A stretch of DNA of 64,000 bases, from the NCBI GenBank assembly GCA_030832605.1, contig JAURIU010000001.1, positions 2,144-66,143 on the forward strand, read 5' to 3'. Source of the stretch: Rhodoluna sp. Its GTDB lineage: Bacteria; Actinomycetota; Actinomycetes; Actinomycetales; Microbacteriaceae. The position numbers and the translations under genes are program-made. Below are positions 19,250-27,158 of the stretch, one piece after another (the first letter of the stretch is position 1; the number at the start of each line of letters is the position of its first letter). A model generated the notes under the pieces. The model was not told the origin of the DNA and ran no database searches. It was given only the letters and a program-made list of their open reading frames with translations.

Positions 19250-20455
19250 GTGACGAAGCCGGTAGTTATTGTCGGTGCATCCATGGGCGGTCTGCGAGCC
19301 GCCGAGGCACTGCGCCGATTCGGCTACCTTGGCCCGATCACAGCCATCGGCGACGAGCCTTACGCCCCATACAACCGTCCTCCGCTGTCTAAAGACGTGC
19401 TGAAGGGCGAGGTGAGTCACGAGGCGGTGGCATTCCCTCAGCGACCAGCAACCGCCGATGTCAACTGGGTGCTCGGCACGCGAGTTGCGAGCGCGGATGT
19501 CGCAAACAGCACGGTCACCGACGATACGGGGCTTGTGCATCCGTTCAGCGCTTTGATTGTGGCCACCGGACTGCGCCCAAAGCGCCTGCAGGTACCCAAT
19601 GGTGGTCTCGCCGGCCGTCACGCGGTACGCACGCTCGACGACGCCATCGCGTTGCGTGCAGAGCTCGTGCCAGGCGCAAATGTTGTGATTCTCGGGGCTG
19701 GCTTCATTGGCTGCGAGGTTGCTGCAACGGCGACACTGCTCGGATGCTCGGTTACCGTCGTCGCACCTGGCAGCCACCCCATCAATCGGCCGCTCGGCCG
19801 CACTTTGGCTGCTGAAATCAAGCGTCGCCACGAAGCCGAAGGTGTGAAGTTTCGAATGAAGAGTACCGTGGTTGACCTCATCGGCGAAGACCGCGTGAGC
19901 GGCGTAATTCTTGATTCGGGCGAGGTGCTGCCCTGCGATGTTTTTCTCGAAGCGATTGGCTCACACGCCAACACCGAGTGGCTTGAGGGCAACGCGCTCG
20001 ATCTAACTGACGGGGTGCTTACCGACGGCGCACTTCGAGCCGTGACCACCGGGGGCGGAAGCGTGGAAAACGTATTCGTAGTTGGCGACGTCGCGAGATT
20101 TGCCAACCCGATCTTCGACGACGTGCCTCGCCGCGTAGAACACTGGAACATCCCGACCGACAGCGCCAAGCGCGTAGGTCAGGTGCTGGCTGCCCAACTT
20201 GCCGGCGAAAACACCGCTACCCTACTGTCCGAACCATTCGCGCCGATTCCATCGTTCTGGAGCGACCAGTATGACATTCACCTGCTTGCCTTTGGGCTGC
20301 TCGGTCTGGCCGATGAAATCAAGCTGCTTCACGGCGAGATTAAGGGCGATTGCGTCTTTGGGTACTACCGAGAGTCCAAGATGGTTGGCGTTGCCGGAAT
20401 CGGCATGCGCAGCACCGTTCAGGGCTATCGTTCGGAATTCAAGTTGGAGGGCTAA
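19250..20455 (+). CDS. ferredoxin-NAD(P)+ reductase
   Basis: GASMGG FAD site, PYNRPPLSK, ATG, GAGFIGCE, GDVA, RVEHW, PSFWSDQY. Confidence 0.92.
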   Translation: MTKPVVIVGASMGGLRAAEALRRFGYLGPITAIGDEPYAPYNRPPLSKDVLKGEVSHEAVAFPQRPATADVNWVLGTRVASADVANSTVTDDTGLVHPFSALIVATGLRPKRLQVPNGGLAGRHAVRTLDDAIALRAELVPGANVVILGAGFIGCEVAATATLLGCSVTVVAPGSHPINRPLGRTLAAEIKRRHEAEGVKFRMKSTVVDLIGEDRVSGVILDSGEVLPCDVFLEAIGSHANTEWLEGNALDLTDGVLTDGALRAVTTGGGSVENVFVVGDVARFANPIFDDVPRRVEHWNIPTDSAKRVGQVLAAQLAGENTATLLSEPFAPIPSFWSDQYDIHLLAFGLLGLADEIKLLHGEIKGDCVFGYYRESKMVGVAGIGMRSTVQGYRSEFKLEG

Positions 20456-20710
20456 ATGCAAAACGGCGAGTTTGACCTAGACGTAACGTTTGATGAGGGC
20501 GACCCGGATTTGTCGGGTTACAGCGAGCAAAGCATCCGTGCCGAAATTGAAAAACTACCGGATGCGCTGAAGCCAGTTGCGCAAGGCATTTTGCTCGACA
20601 AGCGCACCATGTCAGACGTGTCGCAAGCACTCGGGCTTCGCCAAGCAGAACTCGTGAACCGTCTGCACCGTGCCAAGTCGGCCATCGCCGAAGCTCTGGG
20701 CAAACGCTAA
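20456..20710 (+). CDS. small protein consisting of an acidic N-terminus plus sigma-70 region-4-like HTH
   Basis: IEKLPDALKPV...TMSDVSQALGLRQAELVNRLHRAKSAIAEAL resembles ECF region 4.2; GGAGG RBS, abuts reductase stop. Confidence 0.65.
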   Translation: MQNGEFDLDVTFDEGDPDLSGYSEQSIRAEIEKLPDALKPVAQGILLDKRTMSDVSQALGLRQAELVNRLHRAKSAIAEALGKR

Positions 20711-20716
20711 AAATTG

Positions 20717-21403
20717 CTACTGAACGCGGCTGAACGTCTCTAGTTTGTCTTTTGGCCCGGCCACGATTAGGCACTCGCCTTCGCCGATGACAGTGTCTGG
20801 AGTAGCCGGCATGTAGTTCACGTCACCAACGGCCGTGGCAACCACAATCACGCCGTATTCGGCTCGAATGGCTAGCTCGGTGAGGGACTTTCCAACAAAC
20901 GAAGGTGCCGCGATGGTCTTAGCCATGGCAAAGCCTTCATCAATCTCGATGTAGTCGAGCTGATCACCGCCAACCGAGTGGGCGATGCGCTTTCCCATGT
21001 CTTTCTCGGGAAAAATAACGTGGTCAACGCCAAGCTGGGTCAGAATTCGACCGTGCGAGTCGCTCATGGCTTTCGCCCAAATTTCAGCAACACCGATTTC
21101 TTTAAGCATCGATACGGTAAGGATGCTCGCCTCGAGGTCAACTCCGATGGCAACCACTACGCGCTCAAAGGTGTCGACGCCTAGTTCACGCATGGCGTCG
21201 GCGCTGGTGCTGTCCGCGGTTACGGTGCGGGTCAGCAGCGGTGCGTATTGCTGCACGTGGTCGCTGTCGAGATCGATTCCGAGAACTTCGTGACCGAGGG
21301 CCTGCAATTCAAGGGCGAGTGCCGAGCCAAAACGACCCAGGCCGATTACCGCAACCGGCGTCTCGATGCGCTCTGGGCCCATAGTTCTCAAACGTTTAGC
21401 CAA
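20717..21403 (-). CDS. trkA: Trk/Ktr potassium uptake NAD-binding subunit
   Basis: VIGLGRFG RCK-N Rossmann motif plus RCK-C domain; coupled to trkH. Confidence 0.9.
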   Translation of the reverse strand: MAKRLRTMGPERIETPVAVIGLGRFGSALALELQALGHEVLGIDLDSDHVQQYAPLLTRTVTADSTSADAMRELGVDTFERVVVAIGVDLEASILTVSMLKEIGVAEIWAKAMSDSHGRILTQLGVDHVIFPEKDMGKRIAHSVGGDQLDYIEIDEGFAMAKTIAAPSFVGKSLTELAIRAEYGVIVVATAVGDVNYMPATPDTVIGEGECLIVAGPKDKLETFSRVQ

Positions 21404-22775
21404 TTAGTGGCCTCTCTTTCGGATATTCGAAGTGCACTTTAGTTTGTCTTACAGCAAGGGCGGTGGCAACTACCACGAGACCGAGGCGACCACCAAACAT
21501 TAGAGCCATAAGAATGAATTGCCCAAATACAGGCATCTGTGGCGTGATACCGGTGCTCAAACCGACGGTACCGAAGGCTGAAACCACCTCAAAAAAGATT
21601 TGGTCCGTGGTGAAATCTGTCGTGATGCTGATCAAGATTGTCGCGGTGATGACCGCAAGGGAGGCAAGCGAAATGATGGTTAGGGCTTGACGCTGAATCG
21701 AGCGTGGCAGGCGACGACTACCCACGTTGACGGCCGTCTCGCCTCGAATCTCTGTCCAGACGATGAAAATGAGCACTGCAGCGGTGGTGAGCTTGATACC
21801 ACCGGCGGTAGAGGCTGAACCGCCACCGATGAACATCATGAGATCCATTCCCATCAAAGTGGCGGGATACACCTCAGCAATGTTCACCGAGTTAAAGCCA
21901 GCAGTTCGCGGCATCACCGATTGGGTAAACGAGTTGAGCAGCTTTTCGATAATCCCCATCTGGCCGATCGTGGCAGGGTTGTTCCACTCGATGACGGCGA
22001 AATACACGGTACCGAAGACGAGCAGAATAAGGGTGCTCCAGAGCACTAAGCGAGTGCTCAGCGTCCAGTGAAGTCTCGACTCAATGACACCGCCGATTTG
22101 AGAGGCTTTGACGCGGCCAATGATGCGGCGACCGAGCTCAAAAAGCACCGGAAAACCCAGACCGCCCAGAATCACTGCCAGGTTCAGTGGCATGAGCATC
22201 CACCCGTCACCGGCAAAGCCAATGAGGCTGTCTGCATAAAGCGCGAATCCGGCGTTGTTGAAGGCTGAGATTGAGTGGAAAACTCCATACCAAACGGCAT
22301 CGCCCAACTCGTAGCCATATCCCAACCAAAGGCGCAACGCCACTGCGGTCGAGATTATGAATTCAAAGCTCGAGGTAGCGATAAAGATTTTCCAAATTAA
22401 ACGGCGGGGGTTGCCCTGGTCGAGACCCGGCATTTCTGCTGAGCCGACCATTCGTGAGTTGAGTCCAATTCGACGAGCGAGCAAAATACCTAAGAAAACC
22501 GCAAAGGTCACGATTCCGAAACCACCGAGTTTGATCATCAGCAAAATCATCAGGTGGCCGAACGGGGTCCAGTAGGTCGAGACATCCACGGTTGAAAGGC
22601 CAGTGACGCAAACGGCCGAAACCGACGTGAATGCAGCCTCTAAAAAACCACCGAATGTGTTGGCGGTGCGCGAAATTGGAAGGCTGAGAATGAAGGTGCC
22701 TACAAGAATGGCTAGGCCGAATACTCGCGCCACGGTTCGCGCCGGGTGAACCCGCTTAACCTTGCCCTGCGACAA
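21396..22775 (-). CDS. trkH: Trk/Ktr potassium uptake membrane subunit
   Basis: SAVCVTGL, SAFNNAGF, RTAGFNS, STAGGIK, SAFGTVGLSTG pore motifs. Confidence 0.93.
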   Translation of the reverse strand: MSQGKVKRVHPARTVARVFGLAILVGTFILSLPISRTANTFGGFLEAAFTSVSAVCVTGLSTVDVSTYWTPFGHLMILLMIKLGGFGIVTFAVFLGILLARRIGLNSRMVGSAEMPGLDQGNPRRLIWKIFIATSSFEFIISTAVALRLWLGYGYELGDAVWYGVFHSISAFNNAGFALYADSLIGFAGDGWMLMPLNLAVILGGLGFPVLFELGRRIIGRVKASQIGGVIESRLHWTLSTRLVLWSTLILLVFGTVYFAVIEWNNPATIGQMGIIEKLLNSFTQSVMPRTAGFNSVNIAEVYPATLMGMDLMMFIGGGSASTAGGIKLTTAAVLIFIVWTEIRGETAVNVGSRRLPRSIQRQALTIISLASLAVITATILISITTDFTTDQIFFEVVSAFGTVGLSTGITPQMPVFGQFILMALMFGGRLGLVVVATALAVRQTKVHFEYPKERPLIG

Positions 22776-22864
22776 AACAACCCTGATTTCTTGAGGTCAG
22801 TGACCGCTTGAACACAGTCAACATTTGAAAGTAGCACGAATTCGGTCATTTTGAAAAGAACCAG

Positions 22865-22937
22865 AGCCACCCAGGAGAATCGAACTCCTGACCTGCTCTT
22901 TACGAGGGAGCTGCTCTACCGACTGAGCTAGGGTGGC
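22865..22937 (-). tRNA. tRNA-Thr(CGT)
   Basis: Reverse complement GCCACCC-TAGCTCAGTCGGTAGAGC-AGCTCCCT CGT AAAGAGC-AGGTC-AGGAGTTCGATTCTCCT-GGGTGGCT folds as cloverleaf; CCA not encoded. Confidence 0.95.
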
Positions 22938-22951
22938 GAATCTTCTAAATC

Positions 22952-23869
22952 TTACTTCAAACCGAGCAGTCCGATTCGTTGCAGGCGAGCCAGCGCCCCG
23001 TCTTCGATTGGGCTTTCTGGCCCGATTAGAACGCGGATGCTCACCAGCACAAACCGCGTAACACCAACCACCCAGCGACCGGGCTTTTTTAGCCCGAGCA
23101 GCTCGCGGTGCTCGTCGCGAAGGCTGTAAACGGCTGCAAGCCACAGCAAGCGGTAGACCGGGCGAACGAGTAGCGGAAGCGGTGGTCGGCGAATAAACGA
23201 AACCACGCGCAAGGTGGTTTCGTCGGCACGAAGTTCGGGCGCGAAGTCGGCCACGGCCTGGTCGAGCTCGGCGAGGCTGGTTGACACGCGAGTCAACCCC
23301 AGTTGCGCAACCGATCGGCCCCACTGTTCGACGTAAGCATCAGCATCCGCTTTGTTTTTGCAATAGGTGTTGTGCGCCGACAGAAACGAGTCGGTGAAGG
23401 CCACGTGCACCCAGGTCAGCAGGTCGGGGTCGGCCGCGCGGTAAGGCTTGCTGCCCGAAGTGCTCTCGTAGCTGCCAGCAACCCGCTCGTGCAGACGATT
23501 AACGCGACTGGCCTCGCCAGCCACCGCAGCGTGCGACCCGAAAGTGGTGACGGTGAGCCAGCGAATGGTGCCGCTCAGGCGACCGAGGGCATCTTGTTCG
23601 TAGCGCGAGTGTTGGGCAACACCGGCCAGCGAGCCAGGGTGCAGCGCCTGCATTAAAAGCGCGCGCACTCCCCCGACCAGCGTGCCGAAGTCGCGGTGGA
23701 CCTTCCACGGCTCGTCGGTAGGTAGGTATAGCCCACCGGTATCACCATCGGCGATTACGGCGAGCCAGGGCGGTGTGCCATCGGCAGCGCCCGAGAGCAG
23801 TTTTCGAAATTGAATCGAAAAGAATTCTTGTATTTTGTTGTTTTTAGTTTTGGCCAAAGCCGATCTCAC
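22952..23869 (-). CDS. oxygenase MpaB/DUF2236 family protein
   Basis: GGVRALLMQALHP..LAGVAQHS, VNRLHERV.G, YRAADPDLLTWVH family motifs. Confidence 0.85.
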   Translation of the reverse strand: MRSALAKTKNNKIQEFFSIQFRKLLSGAADGTPPWLAVIADGDTGGLYLPTDEPWKVHRDFGTLVGGVRALLMQALHPGSLAGVAQHSRYEQDALGRLSGTIRWLTVTTFGSHAAVAGEASRVNRLHERVAGSYESTSGSKPYRAADPDLLTWVHVAFTDSFLSAHNTYCKNKADADAYVEQWGRSVAQLGLTRVSTSLAELDQAVADFAPELRADETTLRVVSFIRRPPLPLLVRPVYRLLWLAAVYSLRDEHRELLGLKKPGRWVVGVTRFVLVSIRVLIGPESPIEDGALARLQRIGLLGLK

Positions 23870-25381
23870 TTAGCAGGTTGGCTCTGATTCGGGCAGTTTG
23901 CCTTCGAGCAAGAAATCGTCAACCGTCTGGTCGACACAAGAGTTTGAGCGACCGTAGGCGGTGTGGCCTTCACCGTCAAAGGTGAGCAAGAACCCGTTTG
24001 CAAGCACATCGCGGGCAAGATCCACCGCCTGCTCATAAGGGGTGGCAGGGTCTCCGGTGGTTCCAACCACGAGGATGCTCGGCGAGCCCTCTGCGGCAAA
24101 CGAAGCCAGCGGCTCGACCGGCCCAAAGTCTACCCAGGTGCAAGAAATGTAGCCGTTCTGCCAGTAGTCGCCGAATACGGTGCCGATCTTCTTGGCCTTG
24201 GCGTTTTGAGTTGCGATGTCTTTAGGTTTGGTCGACTGCTGGCCATCTAGGCAAGAAATCACGATATTGGCTTCGAGCGTGTTGGTGCTGTAGCGCCCAT
24301 CTTCACCGCGGTCGTTATAGAAGTCGGCCAATCTCATAAGGGTTGTCGCGTCGCCGGCCTTAACCTCGTTGAACGCGTCGGTCAAGATTGGCCAGTAATC
24401 GTCTGAATACATGGCCAAAATCACGCCGGTGATGCCAGCCGAGATTGTCAGTTCACGACCATCCTGGGTCGGTAGCGGGTTGGTTTCAAGGTTCTCAAAC
24501 CAGGCGCGAATCTGCTTCAAAACGTTTGCCTTGTTTCCAGAGAACGGGCAGTTCGCCTGCTCAAGGCACCAGCTGGCATAGTTACCGATTGCCAACTCGA
24601 ACCCGCCGAGTTGGTTCAACGATTGCTGTTCGTCGCTCACACGCGGGTCGATGGCGCCGTCGAGCACGAAGCGGTCAACGCGCTCGGGAAATATCGACGC
24701 GTAGGTTGCGCCGAGCAGGGTGCCGTATGAGAAGCCGACATAGTCGAGCTTGTCTTGCTCGAGATAAGAGCGAATGACGTCCATGTCTTTGGCGGCCGAC
24801 TGGGTGTCGAGGTACTTGATGACCTCGCCGGTGTTCTCTATGCAGGCTTCACCGAACTTGGCAGTCAAACCAGCCCAGTACTCGAGATCTTTAGCCTCGT
24901 CATTCGGATACGGGCTTTGGCTATACAAAAACTCGTCGAGGCCGGCGTCATCTAGGCAGGTTACTGGCGAGCTGTCACCAGTGCCGCGTGGGTCGAAGCC
25001 GATGAGGTTGTAGCTTTCGCGCAGCGCTTCGGTGCCGATGTATTCGAGGTTGTCACGCACAAAGTTGACGCCAGAAGATCCGGGGCCGCCAGGGTTGAGC
25101 AGAAGATCGCCGATTGGGTTTTCGCCGGTCGCCTCAGAACGAATCACGGCGATGGTGATGGCTTCACCCTCGGGGTCGCTCCAGTTCATTGGCACCAGCA
25201 CTTCGGCGCAATCAAACTTGTCGCAGCTGTTCCATTCAATGGGCTGGGTGTAGAACTTCGCGAAGGCTGCGTCGACATTTGGGTCGAGTTCGCGCTGTTG
25301 AGAAATCATCGAGCAGCCGGATGCTGAAACTAGGGTGAGCGCGGCAACCAGCCCGAACATCCACCGTTTGAATTTGCTCAC
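23870..25381 (-). CDS. lipoprotein alpha/beta hydrolase (TAP-like tripeptidyl peptidase)
   Basis: Lipobox-like ASGC, NPGGPGSSG, GFDPRG, GFSYGT nucleophile, GDPATPY, GEGHTAY. Confidence 0.88.
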   Translation of the reverse strand: MSKFKRWMFGLVAALTLVSASGCSMISQQRELDPNVDAAFAKFYTQPIEWNSCDKFDCAEVLVPMNWSDPEGEAITIAVIRSEATGENPIGDLLLNPGGPGSSGVNFVRDNLEYIGTEALRESYNLIGFDPRGTGDSSPVTCLDDAGLDEFLYSQSPYPNDEAKDLEYWAGLTAKFGEACIENTGEVIKYLDTQSAAKDMDVIRSYLEQDKLDYVGFSYGTLLGATYASIFPERVDRFVLDGAIDPRVSDEQQSLNQLGGFELAIGNYASWCLEQANCPFSGNKANVLKQIRAWFENLETNPLPTQDGRELTISAGITGVILAMYSDDYWPILTDAFNEVKAGDATTLMRLADFYNDRGEDGRYSTNTLEANIVISCLDGQQSTKPKDIATQNAKAKKIGTVFGDYWQNGYISCTWVDFGPVEPLASFAAEGSPSILVVGTTGDPATPYEQAVDLARDVLANGFLLTFDGEGHTAYGRSNSCVDQTVDDFLLEGKLPESEPTC

Positions 25382-25382
25382 A

Positions 25383-26543
25383 CTACACCTTTCGAATCTG
25401 AAGACTAACCGCTAAAGAATCTAGCACCAACTGGTCTCGAACATTCCTAGCGATTCGTGCTCGGGCCTTTTCGATGGCTTCGAGTTTGTGAATAGATTCT
25501 GCAGGCTTGGTCTGCGCGGCCACCTCTCGAATTTTGTCGGCGAGGTCGGCGTTCACCAAATCGACTTCAGCGCGCAACTGAACACTCAGCACATCGCGGT
25601 AGAGGGCAAGCAGGTCGACCAACACGCGGTCTAGGCCATCGCGCTCCGAACGCGTGTTGCGACGCTTTTGAGCATCTTCGAGGCGTTTGATTTCAGAGCG
25701 CAGCGCCGGCGGAACGGTGTCTTTATCGCTCAGGCCCATGCTGGCCAGCAGATCAGACTTTTCTTGACCATCTCGTTCGTTGCTCATCTGTTCTGCATCT
25801 TTTTTGGCAAGCTCGAGCCAGCGGTCGCTGGTCTTGACCGCGGCCGTGACCGAACCGATTGACAGCGCTGATTGCAGAACCTCTTTGCGACGAGCCCTGG
25901 CTTCGGCGCTGGTGGCAAGGCGAAGTGCCATGCCGATGTGACTCTGGGCTTCGGCCGCTGCCGAGCGGGCAAGCCCCTGCTCGATACCGTTGCGGGTGAT
26001 AAGCAGCTGGGCTACGTCTTCGACCGAAGGCACCTTCAGCCCAACACGACGTACGCGCGATCGAATCGTCGGAAGCATGTCGACCTCAGATGGCGCGCAA
26101 AGAATCCAAAGGGTGCCGGTCGGTGGCTCTTCGAGGGCCTTGAGCAGCACGTTCGATGCAGACTGCGACATGCGGTCGGCATCTTCAATGACCATGATGC
26201 GAAAACGCCCAACCGATGAACCCATTACCGATGCCGAAACCAGGTCTCGAACCTCGGCGATGGTGATTTGCACCTTCTCGGTGGCCAGAACTTGGATGTC
26301 GGGGTGAGTGCCTGCCTTGGCTAGCACGCAAGACTTGCAGGTACCGCATCCCTGTGCTTCACACTGCAGCGCGGCAGCAAAGGCTAGGGCGAGGTTTGAG
26401 CGGCCAGATCCGGGCGGGCCGGTGATGAGCCAAGAGTGAAAAACGCCGGCGTCACGGTTGCGAACCGCGGTTTCGATGAGCGATACCGCTTCATCTTGGC
26501 CAAGCAGTTCGTCAAAAATCGGATGTGTGGCGGTAGCGCTCAT
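25383..26543 (-). CDS. holB: DNA polymerase III subunit delta'
   Basis: WLITGPPGSGRS, C4 zinc motif, HPD, EDADRM, LLKALEEP, TIRSR; follows tmk. Confidence 0.93.
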   Translation of the reverse strand: MSATATHPIFDELLGQDEAVSLIETAVRNRDAGVFHSWLITGPPGSGRSNLALAFAAALQCEAQGCGTCKSCVLAKAGTHPDIQVLATEKVQITIAEVRDLVSASVMGSSVGRFRIMVIEDADRMSQSASNVLLKALEEPPTGTLWILCAPSEVDMLPTIRSRVRRVGLKVPSVEDVAQLLITRNGIEQGLARSAAAEAQSHIGMALRLATSAEARARRKEVLQSALSIGSVTAAVKTSDRWLELAKKDAEQMSNERDGQEKSDLLASMGLSDKDTVPPALRSEIKRLEDAQKRRNTRSERDGLDRVLVDLLALYRDVLSVQLRAEVDLVNADLADKIREVAAQTKPAESIHKLEAIEKARARIARNVRDQLVLDSLAVSLQIRKV

Positions 26544-27155
26544 CTAGCGCCCAAGCAACTCGTCAACGCGTGCGCGAATTTGCGACTGAATTTCGTCGAC
26601 CGAAAGTTGGGCGTCGATAACGAGAAAACGGTCTGGTTCGGCTGCCGCTAATTCGAGATAGCAGGCGCGGACCGCCTCAAAGAACTCGACTTTTTCGCGC
26701 TCGAGTCGGTCTGGGGCGTCGCCGGTTTTAGCTCGGCGTGCCACTGCGCTGGCCGCGTCGAGGTCTAGCAACACGGTAAGCGCAGGCAAGAGGCCCTGAA
26801 TCGCCCACATCGAGAGGTCGCGCACCTCGGTCGCGCCAAGAATGCGCCCGGCACCCTGATATGCGACTGATGAGTCGAGGTAGCGGTCGGTAATGACAAC
26901 TTTGCCCTCGGCGAGCGCTGGGCGAATGACGGTTGCTACGTGGTGAGCTCGATCGGCGGCATAGAGGAGCGCTTCGGCGCGAGCATCCACGTGCCCACTG
27001 TGCAGAAGCAACTTGCGAATGTCGCGGCCGAGTTCACTGCCACCCGGCTCAAGCGTGCGAACAACCTCGCGCGAAAGTCCGACCAGATGAGCTTCGAGCA
27101 AATCTGCCTGGGTCGATTTACCAACCCCGTCGATGCCTTCAAACGAGATGAACAA
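26544..27155 (-). CDS. tmk: thymidylate kinase
   Basis: FEGIDGVGKSTQ P-loop, EALLYAADRAHH, DRYLDSSVAYQG. Confidence 0.96.
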   Translation of the reverse strand: MFISFEGIDGVGKSTQADLLEAHLVGLSREVVRTLEPGGSELGRDIRKLLLHSGHVDARAEALLYAADRAHHVATVIRPALAEGKVVITDRYLDSSVAYQGAGRILGATEVRDLSMWAIQGLLPALTVLLDLDAASAVARRAKTGDAPDRLEREKVEFFEAVRACYLELAAAEPDRFLVIDAQLSVDEIQSQIRARVDELLGR

Positions 27156-27158
27156 GCG

